Positions 8,774 to 16,740 of a DNA stretch of 32,000 bases are shown here, one piece after another. A program made the position numbers and the translations under genes. How positions within the stretch are numbered: the stretch's first letter is position 1; the number at the start of each line of letters is the position of its first letter. Below the pieces are notes generated by a model. The model saw nothing but the letters and a program-made list of their open reading frames with translations, had not been told where the DNA came from and made no database searches. The stretch lies in the NCBI RefSeq assembly GCF_000012285.1, contig NC_007181.1:1500001-1532000 (forward strand), given 5' to 3'. Source of the stretch: Sulfolobus acidocaldarius DSM 639. GTDB lineage: Archaea > Thermoproteota > Thermoprotei_A > Sulfolobales > Sulfolobaceae.

Positions 8774-9674
8774 TACTTTGACTACCTCCTCCTAAAACCT
8801 GTCTTAGAACTGTCTGTAATTGTGGAAGTTGTTGCTGTTGTGTACCAGTTGGGGGTAAGCCATATGGGAAGTAGCTACCTAATACTAGACTTGAGAGCTG
8901 TGGGAAATATGGTACTCCCAGAGCCATATTTACGCTAGATGGGTCTCTACTCTCAGCTAAAATCCTAGCCAGCCCTAGTCTGACTGCATCATATACTTCT
9001 ATGCCCAGGTCTCTTAACTGCAGAATCCTTCTCAATTCAGGATCTTGTGGGATTAGCTTTGTTATTCTTACTGATATTAAATCAACACCTATTTCAGCTA
9101 GAAAAGTCTTTAACCCTGCTGTCACTGCAGTGGAAATGTCTGCGAACTTTTTGAACACGTCCACCAATTTAACGTGGTTAAGTACTTGGCTTACTTCCTG
9201 GTCAATTATCGGAGAAATGTAATTTGCAAGTTCCCCATCTCTAAAATACTGAGAGGCAAACTGTATGTTTGTCACTAGGAGTCCTGGGTTTGACACTTTG
9301 TAATACACAGCCACCTCATATTCTAAAGGGACTAGGTCATCAGTTTGGCTAACACCTGAAACTCTGACCTCATGTCTGGTAAGGGAGACAAAGTAGACAA
9401 TAGTGTCGTAAGGTAATGTATTATATTTAAATTTTGATAAGATGTTTGAAAGTGGGTTTTGTGGAGATTGTATATTATGAGTTCCAGCAGGTAAGACAGC
9501 GGCGATTTGCCCCTGTATAAGTACAACAGCCTGCTCTGTTGGTTGAACGATTATTAGTGATTTTGAAGTGATGTTCTCTTTGGGATATCTAAAAATAATC
9601 ACATCTGGAGCCATGAACGAAGTTCCGTTTTCCATTTCGGTTGATATAACTTGACCCCTTATTGATATGGACAT
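8754..9674 (-). CDS. SPFH-like protein of the YdjI / COG4260 type (often annotated 'virion core protein, lumpy skin disease virus-like')
   Basis: 306 aa. DVIIFRYPKENITSKSLIIVQPTEQAVVLIQGQIAAVLPAGTHNIQSPQNPLSNIL, then TIVYFVSLTRHEVRVSGVSQ, and later EIGVDLISVRITKLIPQDPEL parallel the B. subtilis YdjI/COG4260 pattern as I remember it. The C-terminal tail is Q-rich and low-complexity, and there is no C-terminal Zn ribbon. Confidence 0.7.
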   Translation of the reverse strand: MSISIRGQVISTEMENGTSFMAPDVIIFRYPKENITSKSLIIVQPTEQAVVLIQGQIAAVLPAGTHNIQSPQNPLSNILSKFKYNTLPYDTIVYFVSLTRHEVRVSGVSQTDDLVPLEYEVAVYYKVSNPGLLVTNIQFASQYFRDGELANYISPIIDQEVSQVLNHVKLVDVFKKFADISTAVTAGLKTFLAEIGVDLISVRITKLIPQDPELRRILQLRDLGIEVYDAVRLGLARILAESRDPSSVNMALGVPYFPQLSSLVLGSYFPYGLPPTGTQQQQLPQLQTVLRQVLGGGSQSSETSNK

Positions 9675-9717
9675 ATACTCATCTTATAAACTTATTTTGT
9701 GCAACAATTAAAGTTTT

Positions 9718-10194
9718 CTATCTATATTCTGCAGGGAAGAACAACTTCTGTCTTGAAATTATTACTTGACGAATTTGTCCCAATAAAGGGATAATTCCCT
9801 CAAGGTTGTCCAATGAAAGGGATAGATTATAAACTTGATCAGCTATAGATATCATCTGTAAGTCATTCTTAACTATTTCATCTAGTTGCTCTGTCTGGAT
9901 CTTATATCGCGCATAAATATCTGCTCCTCCTCCTTGCGAAGACTGGATCATGCCTATTAAGGTTCTAATTTCAGAAATTATGGACTCTATGCGTTTCAGG
10001 ATAGGTGAAAAGGGGTTAGAGGAGGCAATTTGTGATTCTATGGTTGATAAATTGTTTATTGTATTCTGTAGTTTTGCTATTGTTGACTGCCTTATCAGAA
10101 AGTCATCTTGCCTTATCAAATCCTTGATTTTATACCCTCTATACCCTGGAATAAGCAACTGTAGTTGTTCTAACGGAGTTAGTTCTTTAGGCAC
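9718..10194 (-). CDS. Predicted all-helical / coiled-coil protein, first gene of the SPFH cluster
   Basis: 158 aa with no TM segment and heptad-like helical sequence (IAKLQNTINNLSTIESQIASS, ILKRIESIISEIRTLIGMIQ, QLDEIVKNDLQMISIADQVYNLSLSLDNLEGIIPLLGQIRQVI). N-terminal IPGYRGYK motif. It ends 43 nt upstream of the SPFH-like gene on the same strand. Confidence 0.6.
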   Translation of the reverse strand: MPKELTPLEQLQLLIPGYRGYKIKDLIRQDDFLIRQSTIAKLQNTINNLSTIESQIASSNPFSPILKRIESIISEIRTLIGMIQSSQGGGADIYARYKIQTEQLDEIVKNDLQMISIADQVYNLSLSLDNLEGIIPLLGQIRQVIISRQKLFFPAEYR

Positions 10195-10376
10195 AATATA
10201 ATTTAGAGAATCTAAATTAATAAAATTTGTATGCGGGTTAAGGATATGACAACATTAAGCTAGAAGTCTAAGAATCGTATACTCTTCTAACACGTTAATC
10301 TCTTCAGGAAAGCTTTTACCCTCATTAAGGGCAAAGATGATCATGGATTAAAGTGAAATATGAAACCTCCATATTG

Positions 10377-10661
10377 TCATGCTTGATTTCTCAATCTCCT
10401 TTTCTCATCTTCTATTTGCTCTAAAACCATCTTAATCTCAGATTCAATCATATCAAGTATTCTCAATTTCAGTTCTGGAGGAAGATTTTGCATTAACTTT
10501 TCTATTGTCTCATCAGAGATTTTTGCTCTGCTACTCCAAAAATAGGTTTTAGTATGTTCACCCACTATCTCTTTGACTCTTACTGGAGGAAGGTACTTTA
10601 AAACTTCTGAATATATGGCTCTTCTTGTTTCATTACTCAGGATAGGGATATAGCTTTTCAT
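10377..10661 (-). CDS. Small helical protein, function unknown
   Basis: 94 aa, with a charged C-terminal helix (ELKLRILDMIESEIKMVLEQIEDEKRRLRNQA). I recognise no motif. Confidence 0.5.
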   Translation of the reverse strand: MKSYIPILSNETRRAIYSEVLKYLPPVRVKEIVGEHTKTYFWSSRAKISDETIEKLMQNLPPELKLRILDMIESEIKMVLEQIEDEKRRLRNQA

Positions 10662-10753
10662 AAATGAACTTCAGTATTTATAATTATAAAACACCGACCC
10701 TTAAACTTACGGGTGTGTGAGCTTTTATTTTATAGTTAGTTGACTCGTGGTAC

Positions 10754-11191
10754 CTATTCAAAGTCAATTTTCAGCCCAGTTATCTCCTCATAGGAGGGAT
10801 AATTCCTCATTTCCTTCAGTATTGCATTCATAATATCTTTGGCTTGAACTTTGTCTATGAAGATATTACGCTCTTCATTTAGGTTATGGTCCAACACTAT
10901 CTTCACATATCTTTTTATCCACTCTACATTTCTCTGTTGAATGGCTGAGTTTCCATACCTTTCAATAAGCAAGTGATCATTGGAATAAGGTTTTGCTTTT
11001 TCACCAAACAGAGGGAAGATATATTTATCCTCAATTTTAGCATGCCAGTTAACGACGAAGTCATGGGTTGTCATTATTACGTTAATGGCATTTTTCTCGT
11101 CGTCGTTTAATAGAGATAAACCAATGGAGTACCTCACCCTCAAGACGCAATGTTCAAAATAGATGAGGTCAATTGGGTCTTTTATCCACAT
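10754..11191 (-). CDS. Hemerythrin-like (HHE cation-binding, four-helix-bundle) domain protein
   Basis: The ORF track gives 10754..11269 (GTG). I prefer the ATG at 11191 (MWIKDPIDLIYFEHC...) because of the strong TATA at 11213-11221. The ligand-like pattern is FEH ... HAKIEDKYIFPLF (H-x3-E) ... DHLLIE ... DHNLNEERNIF (H-x3-E), as in hemerythrin/HHE domains. Confidence 0.55.
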   Translation of the reverse strand: MWIKDPIDLIYFEHCVLRVRYSIGLSLLNDDEKNAINVIMTTHDFVVNWHAKIEDKYIFPLFGEKAKPYSNDHLLIERYGNSAIQQRNVEWIKRYVKIVLDHNLNEERNIFIDKVQAKDIMNAILKEMRNYPSYEEITGLKIDFE

Positions 11192-11212
11192 ATATAGAAG
11201 TATATCTAAGAG

Positions 11213-11221
11213 AATATAAAA
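11213..11221 (-). promoter_or_regulatory. TATA box (TTTTATATT on the minus strand) for the hemerythrin-like gene
   Basis: Centred 26 nt upstream of the minus-strand ATG at 11191, and it lies inside the longer GTG-started ORF. Confidence 0.5.
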
Positions 11222-11476
11222 GCCATAAGTTTTAACATGACTTAGGGGAAATTTCCACTGACCTCTCACTCTTTATGACTGTCCAACGTTATTACCCTAA
11301 AAGAGTTGGCTATCAATAACGCTACACTAGTCCATTCGTATTCTTCTTTAATCTATTATATTTTTCATTTTCTTTATTAAATGATATTTTTGAAAAATAT
11401 AAATGTAGATATCTGAACATAAATGCATGTAAGTTTATATATCGTATTTTTAAGGAAAATGAACTAAAATAATCCC

Positions 11477-11761
11477 ATGAAGCAATTTCTGATATATCCT
11501 TTAAGTACGCTGATGACATTGGACGTTTTGACTACTGTCATTGGTCTATCTAAAGGGCTCGTTGAAGGTAATCCTCTAATAAGTGGACTATACTCAACAC
11601 TTCCGTTTTCATTATTTGTCGTTATCTTCTTGCTTATTAAAGTGGGAGTATTGGGTGCAGTCTACATGCTTTACAAGTACACTAAAATGGACATGGTTTT
11701 ACTAGTCGGGACAGGAATTTCATTAATAGTATTAATAAATAACTTGTCCCTCCTATTGTGA
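11477..11761 (+). CDS. Small membrane protein, DUF5658-like
   Basis: 94 aa with 3 TM helices. LDVLTTVIGLSKGLVEGNPL matches the D-x3-T ... E-x-NP pattern I associate with DUF5658. Confidence 0.55.
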   Translation: MKQFLIYPLSTLMTLDVLTTVIGLSKGLVEGNPLISGLYSTLPFSLFVVIFLLIKVGVLGAVYMLYKYTKMDMVLLVGTGISLIVLINNLSLLL

Positions 11762-12194
11762 AATTTGAGAATTTTATTCTAAGTAAGCCCGGGATTTCTA
11801 GACCTATTTTTAACAGAAACGTAAAAAGTATGTACTCACATTTTTGGTCATGCAAAAATCTGTAAGTAATTCCAGTTGAAGTAATAAGTTAGAAGTTAAA
11901 TGTAGTTCATGTAAACTAACTATTCACCATATATATGTTATGTCAACCTAAATGGAACTGTAACTTATGTGTATATTTGCCCATAGGCTTTTATGTCAAG
12001 TATATAGAACTGAATTCCGGATACCAAAAAATAGTGAAATGGTATAATCTTTATCTCCCCCCAACTTGATATCTTAGTTTTTAACATGTTAAGATATGTG
12101 TATATTATATAAAAACTTTAGATACTTATACTAGTTTTAATGATTAAAGAGAAAAGTTATTAAATGATATTTGCGTATATTATATTGAGTGATA

Positions 12195-12635
12195 ATGAAA
12201 AGAGAGAATGTCATTATTCCGGTTTTAATAGTCTTAGCGGTCTTGATAATTGGTACCTCTGGATTTCTCGTGGGTAGGAACCCGTTCATTTCAAGTAGTG
12301 CTGTTAGTAGTGTATTAGGAGGAAGTTGGTTCATCCAGAGTTTTCACGTGGGAAGCAATACTACATCTGAAACGCTATATGACTCCTCAGGAGACGTGTT
12401 AATAGTTGTTAAGTACACTTTTCCATCAGTCTCACAGGCATCAGACTTCTTCTACAGCAACGCTCTGAGCAGTCCACAGAGTGTTGATGGTTACTTAGTT
12501 TCATCCTACACCCACGGGCTATCTGAGTCCTTGTATGCTCTGAAAGGAAATAGTGTGTACTACATAAGTTATATAGGCGCAAGCAACTCCAATTTACCTA
12601 GTCTGACTCAATTAATAAGCTTAATAAGCTCATGA
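12195..12635 (+). CDS. Membrane-anchored or secreted protein, function unknown
   Basis: The ORF track starts at GTG 12189; ATG 12195 (MKRENVIIPVLIVLAVLIIGTSG...) is two codons downstream. It has an N-terminal signal/anchor helix followed by a Ser-rich soluble domain. Confidence 0.55.
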   Translation: MKRENVIIPVLIVLAVLIIGTSGFLVGRNPFISSSAVSSVLGGSWFIQSFHVGSNTTSETLYDSSGDVLIVVKYTFPSVSQASDFFYSNALSSPQSVDGYLVSSYTHGLSESLYALKGNSVYYISYIGASNSNLPSLTQLISLISS

Positions 12636-12790
12636 GATAATAATATAAAACTATTTTTGTTGAACTAAATTTAATTTTTCTCATTACTTCTGAGGTAATT
12701 TCAGATTATAAGTGAAAAGAGTCCCTGGAGTAAATAAAACGATAGACCTCCTCAATAAAATTTTATCAGTATTATCATCAAAATAAGAAT

Positions 12791-13831
12791 GTGCAGTCTT
12801 TTTGGAGTAAGCTGAAAATCGAATCCTCTAAATTACTTCCCTCATATTTTGCCTCAGTAATGGCGATTGGTATCTTTTCAATAGCATTTTTTCTATACAA
12901 TTACAACGTCTTATCTTACTTATTATCATATCTGAGTAATGTTATATACTTCGCACTATGGGTGATTACAGTAATTAGGTGGGTTTACTACCCCCGGAGT
13001 TATTTAAATGAGTTAAAAGATTTAGGCAGAAGCCCAGGTTTCTTATCAAAGGTAATTGCAACCAACACAATTGGCTCAGAGTATATGTTGATTTTCAAAG
13101 ATTACAGTTTAGCATATGCATTCTTTATGTTCGGATTGATCCTATGGATCTTTTACCAATATGCGGTCTTATCAGCAATTTCCTTCAACATTAATGATAG
13201 AAATATAGAGTATGTTAACGGTATTTGGGAATTAATCCCAGCCTCCACACAATCCGTGGTGGATTTGGGCTCAATACTTTCACCCTTCCATACTTACCTT
13301 TACACTCTATCACTGATCTTATTCTTTATAGGTGTTGCCCAATACATAGTTATGACTTCCCTTATTTTAGGAAGAATTGTACTTAAGGGTCTAAAACCTA
13401 AAGACGCCTCAGGCTCGTATTGGATAATCACTGGCGCAGCAGCATTGAGTGCGTTGGCCGGTATAGATCTCCTCATTTACTTAAACGAGGTTAACCTTCA
13501 GTCAGCATATATTGGAGATTTAAGGACAATCGTTCTAACGTTTATAATACTGTTATGGTCTACAGGAACTTGGTGGATTCCATGGCTCATATATATGGGA
13601 ATATGGAAGCATGTGATAAACAGAGTACCTCTACTCGTATATGATCCACAGTTCTGGGGGGCTGTATTCCCTATGGGTATGTACGCTACGTCCTCATTCT
13701 TACTTATAAGATATGTTAATCTCAATATCCCAATGCTAATTCCAGATATATTTATCCTTGTGGGATCAGTTGCACTAGTATATCAAACTTCATTAATGTT
13801 ATACAATGTGGTCAAAAAGTTGGTAGATTAG
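12791..13831 (+). CDS. TDT-family (TehA/Mae1/SLAC1-like) anion / C4-dicarboxylate transporter
   Basis: 346 aa with about 10 TM helices. N-terminal LLPSYFASVMAIGIFSIAF resembles the TDT family P-x-x-F-x-x-x-MG-x-G signature. The GTG start is required to retain this segment. Confidence 0.5.
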   Translation: MQSFWSKLKIESSKLLPSYFASVMAIGIFSIAFFLYNYNVLSYLLSYLSNVIYFALWVITVIRWVYYPRSYLNELKDLGRSPGFLSKVIATNTIGSEYMLIFKDYSLAYAFFMFGLILWIFYQYAVLSAISFNINDRNIEYVNGIWELIPASTQSVVDLGSILSPFHTYLYTLSLILFFIGVAQYIVMTSLILGRIVLKGLKPKDASGSYWIITGAAALSALAGIDLLIYLNEVNLQSAYIGDLRTIVLTFIILLWSTGTWWIPWLIYMGIWKHVINRVPLLVYDPQFWGAVFPMGMYATSSFLLIRYVNLNIPMLIPDIFILVGSVALVYQTSLMLYNVVKKLVD

Positions 13832-14048
13832 AGTAGTATCAAACTGTTAGGTTTTCTCGCTAGAATATTTAATGCTTAAGAGGTAAACAAGTGGATCATA
13901 GTTGTAGCTTAAGCATAAGTTTCAGAAACCTCATCACTAGGGAGTAACATATATAGCCACAAGGATTTAGAACACTACTTTTCACATGACTACCCTGTAT
14001 CTACGTAAAGGTAAGCAATCACAGATGTTCCATTATGTAGTCAAAAAC

Positions 14049-14056
14049 ATTTATTT
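14049..14056 (+). promoter_or_regulatory. TATA-like box (ATTTATTT) for the UDG gene
   Basis: Centred about 26 nt upstream of ATG 14079. Confidence 0.45.
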
Positions 14057-14078
14057 CAAGTAATGCCAGTATCATATT

Positions 14079-14735
14079 ATGTCTAGTTATCAAAATTTTT
14101 TATCAAGTCTGCTATCCTGTAGTAAGTGCCCCAGGTTAGTACAGCATAGGAATTCCTTTCCACAAAACTATTGGAGGAAACCAGTTCCTCCCAATGGTGA
14201 CCTTCGTTCCAGAATTGTGATTGTCGGCTTGGCGCCTGCGGGAAATGGAGGTAACCGTACAGGAAGGGTATTTACGGGGGACGAAAGCTCAAACAACCTC
14301 ACTAAAGCTCTCTACGACACTGGACTAGCAAATCAACCATATTCTGTATCGCGTGATGATGGACTAAAACTTAATGATGTGTACATAACTGCAGTGGTAA
14401 AGTGTGTTCCACCTGAGAATAAGCCCACTACAGGAGAAATCAGAAATTGTATGTCGTACCTTGAGGAAGAGACAAGAATGTTAACAGAGGCTAAAGTTTA
14501 CGTGGCTTTGGGCAAGGTAGCTTGGGACTCTCTCATAAATCTGTTTAAGAGTAAAGGATACGAATTGAACGGTGACCGTAAATTCAGTCACGGGAAAATA
14601 GTTAAACTAGTGAAAGATGGAAACATAGTTTATTTGATAGGTTCTTATCACCCTAGCCCTAGGAATGTTAGGACAAGAAGACTAACAATAGAAATGTTAG
14701 AAGAAATATTCGAGACTGCCAAGTCATTGTTATAA
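14079..14735 (+). CDS. Uracil-DNA glycosylase, family 5 (UDGb-type), Fe-S cluster-containing
   Basis: 218 aa. Motif A is GLAPAGNGGNRTGRVFTGD (the family-5 GLAPA form rather than the family-4 GEAPG form). There are N-terminal CSKCPRL cysteines plus VKCVPPENKPTTGEIRNC for the 4Fe-4S cluster, and a C-terminal HPSPRN motif B. Confidence 0.85.
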   Translation: MSSYQNFLSSLLSCSKCPRLVQHRNSFPQNYWRKPVPPNGDLRSRIVIVGLAPAGNGGNRTGRVFTGDESSNNLTKALYDTGLANQPYSVSRDDGLKLNDVYITAVVKCVPPENKPTTGEIRNCMSYLEEETRMLTEAKVYVALGKVAWDSLINLFKSKGYELNGDRKFSHGKIVKLVKDGNIVYLIGSYHPSPRNVRTRRLTIEMLEEIFETAKSLL

Positions 14736-15001
14736 CAAAATGCTGAGTAAGACTATGTAATTGACATTAATACATTCTTATTTACGTGTATTTACTTTAG
14801 GAATCTTAGATTTAAACGGAAGTACAACGAGAAATAGACGTTTTAGAGAAACGTTTAAGTTCATCTTTTACACGCAACTATGGAAAAGATGAAAATAGCC
14901 CATGAAGAGAAGCACGTTGTTAAGAAATTTACACTGCCTATTGAGGTCTCTCCGCAATTTCTTTTAAAATTAGTAAAAAGAGTTTAAATTTAAAATCATG
15001 C

Positions 15002-15009
15002 TTATTTAT
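15002..15009 (+). promoter_or_regulatory. TATA-like box (TTATTTAT) for the M20 peptidase gene
   Basis: Centred about 25 nt upstream of ATG 15030. Confidence 0.4.
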
Positions 15010-15029
15010 CTCTTCACAGATATTTATGT

Positions 15030-16331
15030 ATGGAAAACGAAAAAGCATTAAAAAATCTCTTGGACTTTTTAAAACATCCCTCAGTTTCTGCTACAGGGGA
15101 AGGGGTAAGGGACACTGCGTTATGGTTAAAGGATTTCATGAGAGACTTGGGGATTAATGCGTGGATTGAGGAGACACCAGGTCACCCTGTTGTATATGGA
15201 GAGGCTAATAATGGTGGAGATAAGACATTATTGGTCTACAATCACTATGATGTCCAGCCTGTCGATCCTCTAAATGAGTGGAAATATGATCCATTTTCTG
15301 CTACGGTAAAGGATAACTACATTTACGCTAGAGGGGCTTCTGATAACAAAGGGACTCTAATGGCTAGGCTCATGGCTTTCTCCAGGTATAAGGGAAAGCT
15401 TAACTTCAAGTTTGTTTTTGAAGGGGAAGAGGAGATAGGCAGTATAAACTTACATCATTTTGTAGACAGAAACAAGGACAGGTTAAAGGCTGATGCTGTA
15501 ATAATGGAGGGTGCAGGACTTGATACCAAAGGCAGACCAATGATAGTCCTTGGAGTCAAAGGCTTAGTTTACGTTGAAATTAGGGTTAGGACAGGGGAGA
15601 GGGATGTTCACTCATCAAATGCACCGATCGTTTATAACCCAGTGTGGAGATTGGTAGAAATACTAAACTCAATATATGACGGCGAGAAGGTAAAGATCAA
15701 AGGATTTTATGACGAGATTGAGCCTATCAGTAAGGATGTGGAGGAGTTGTTGGACAAATACGATGTGGATGTCGAGGAATTACGAAAGTCATTGGGAGCT
15801 TATGCTCTAAAGCATAAAGAGAGAAAAGAGGTAGTTAAGGCATTGTTTACCGAGCCCACATGTAATATTGACGGTATATACTCAGGCTACATCGGTAAGG
15901 GGAGTAAAACTATAGTACCATCACACGTATACGTTAAGATGGACTTCCGCTTAGTGCCTAAACAAGACCCCAAGAAGATCTTCAATGAACTAGTTGAACA
16001 TGTGAAGAGGATCGATCCGAAGGTGGAAATTATAGACATGGGGCTAGAAAAACCTGTTAGAACTAGTCCTAAGACTAAAGTGGCTAGAGCGATGATCAGT
16101 TCAGCAAAAGAGGTGTACAAAGTAGAACCTGTGGTGATACCAAACTCTGCAGGTACCCAGCCAATGGGGATATTCTACGACCTAGGTATTGACGAGATTG
16201 TGAGTGCCATAGGAGCAGGAACATCGTCCTCAAATGCCCATGCACCAAATGAAAACATAACAGTGGACAACTACTATAAGGCAATAGAGCACGCTCTAAA
16301 GTTCTATGAAGAATTTGAGAGAATAAAGTGA
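15030..16331 (+). CDS. M20-family metallopeptidase / deacylase (dipeptidase or ArgE/DapE/CPG2-like)
   Basis: 433 aa. Metal-ligand motifs: LLVYNHYDVQP, YARGASDNKG, FEGEEEIGS. The central dimerisation-domain-sized insert and the C-terminal SSSNAHAPNE are typical of M20. Confidence 0.85.
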   Translation: MENEKALKNLLDFLKHPSVSATGEGVRDTALWLKDFMRDLGINAWIEETPGHPVVYGEANNGGDKTLLVYNHYDVQPVDPLNEWKYDPFSATVKDNYIYARGASDNKGTLMARLMAFSRYKGKLNFKFVFEGEEEIGSINLHHFVDRNKDRLKADAVIMEGAGLDTKGRPMIVLGVKGLVYVEIRVRTGERDVHSSNAPIVYNPVWRLVEILNSIYDGEKVKIKGFYDEIEPISKDVEELLDKYDVDVEELRKSLGAYALKHKERKEVVKALFTEPTCNIDGIYSGYIGKGSKTIVPSHVYVKMDFRLVPKQDPKKIFNELVEHVKRIDPKVEIIDMGLEKPVRTSPKTKVARAMISSAKEVYKVEPVVIPNSAGTQPMGIFYDLGIDEIVSAIGAGTSSSNAHAPNENITVDNYYKAIEHALKFYEEFERIK

Positions 16332-16365
16332 CTTAAAATAAAGTCAAGGCTTAATGGATTAGTTG

Positions 16366-16375
16366 TTTTCTTTTC
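16366..16375 (+). terminator. T-rich tract (TTTTCTTTTC) downstream of the M20 gene
   Basis: About 35 nt after the stop, in a convergent 61-bp gap. Confidence 0.3.
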
Positions 16376-16392
16376 TATTTGAGGATTTAAAC

Positions 16393-16740
16393 TCAGACTA
16401 CCCTAAATACTGGGAACTTCTTTCCACCATTACCAACTGTAAACCTTACCTCCACATCAACTCCTATGTCCGCTTTACCATTTTCATCAATAATGTTAGT
16501 GTATAATCTAAATCCTTCTTTTAACTCAACTATTCCATAGATAGTATTGTTGAACTTAGTCATAGTGAATATTTTCCCTTTTCCTTCACTTGTTTTCACC
16601 TGTAAATCAGTGCTGTTACAATTGATGCAGAACGTCCTTGGGTAGTAAAAGACCTTACCGCATTTGGTACATTTAATGTAGGGTAATCTCTCACTTTCAA
16701 AACTGTCAAAATACGCTTTAATTAACTCCTCATATCTCAC
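16393..16740 (-). CDS. DUF35-type Zn-ribbon + OB-fold protein (thiolase-associated)
   Basis: 115 aa. It has a four-Cys ribbon, CTKCGKVFYYPRTFCINC, followed by an OB-like segment. Its ATG overlaps the upstream thiolase-like stop by 4 nt (16737-16740). Confidence 0.8.
   Translation of the reverse strand: MRYEELIKAYFDSFESERLPYIKCTKCGKVFYYPRTFCINCNSTDLQVKTSEGKGKIFTMTKFNNTIYGIVELKEGFRLYTNIIDENGKADIGVDVEVRFTVGNGGKKFPVFRVV

Noticed and set aside
11322-11519. Short ORFs lying mostly in AT-rich intergenic DNA (also 12137..12334, 20528..20713, 22323..22514)
   Set aside because: They span promoter regions or overlap the 5' ends of better-supported genes on the other strand. Their composition is Lys/Asn/Phe/Ile-rich, typical of random AT-rich sequence, and there are no TATA boxes at the right spacing.
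11871-11881. TCCAGTTGAAG, resembling the TCCAGTGGAAA core of Sulfolobus origin-recognition boxes, plus a C6 run at 12057-12062; considered as a replication origin
   Set aside because: There is a single imperfect copy, and the G/C string is about 180 bp away rather than adjacent. There is no inverted ORB pair and no orc1/cdc6 or whiP gene nearby.
13872-13916. Inverted repeat ATGCTTAAG ... CTTAAGCAT (9-bp arms, 27-nt spacer) downstream of the TDT transporter gene
   Set aside because: Each arm is built around the self-complementary CTTAAG, so the match is partly trivial. The loop is long, and archaeal termination does not require hairpins. It is noted but not called as a feature.
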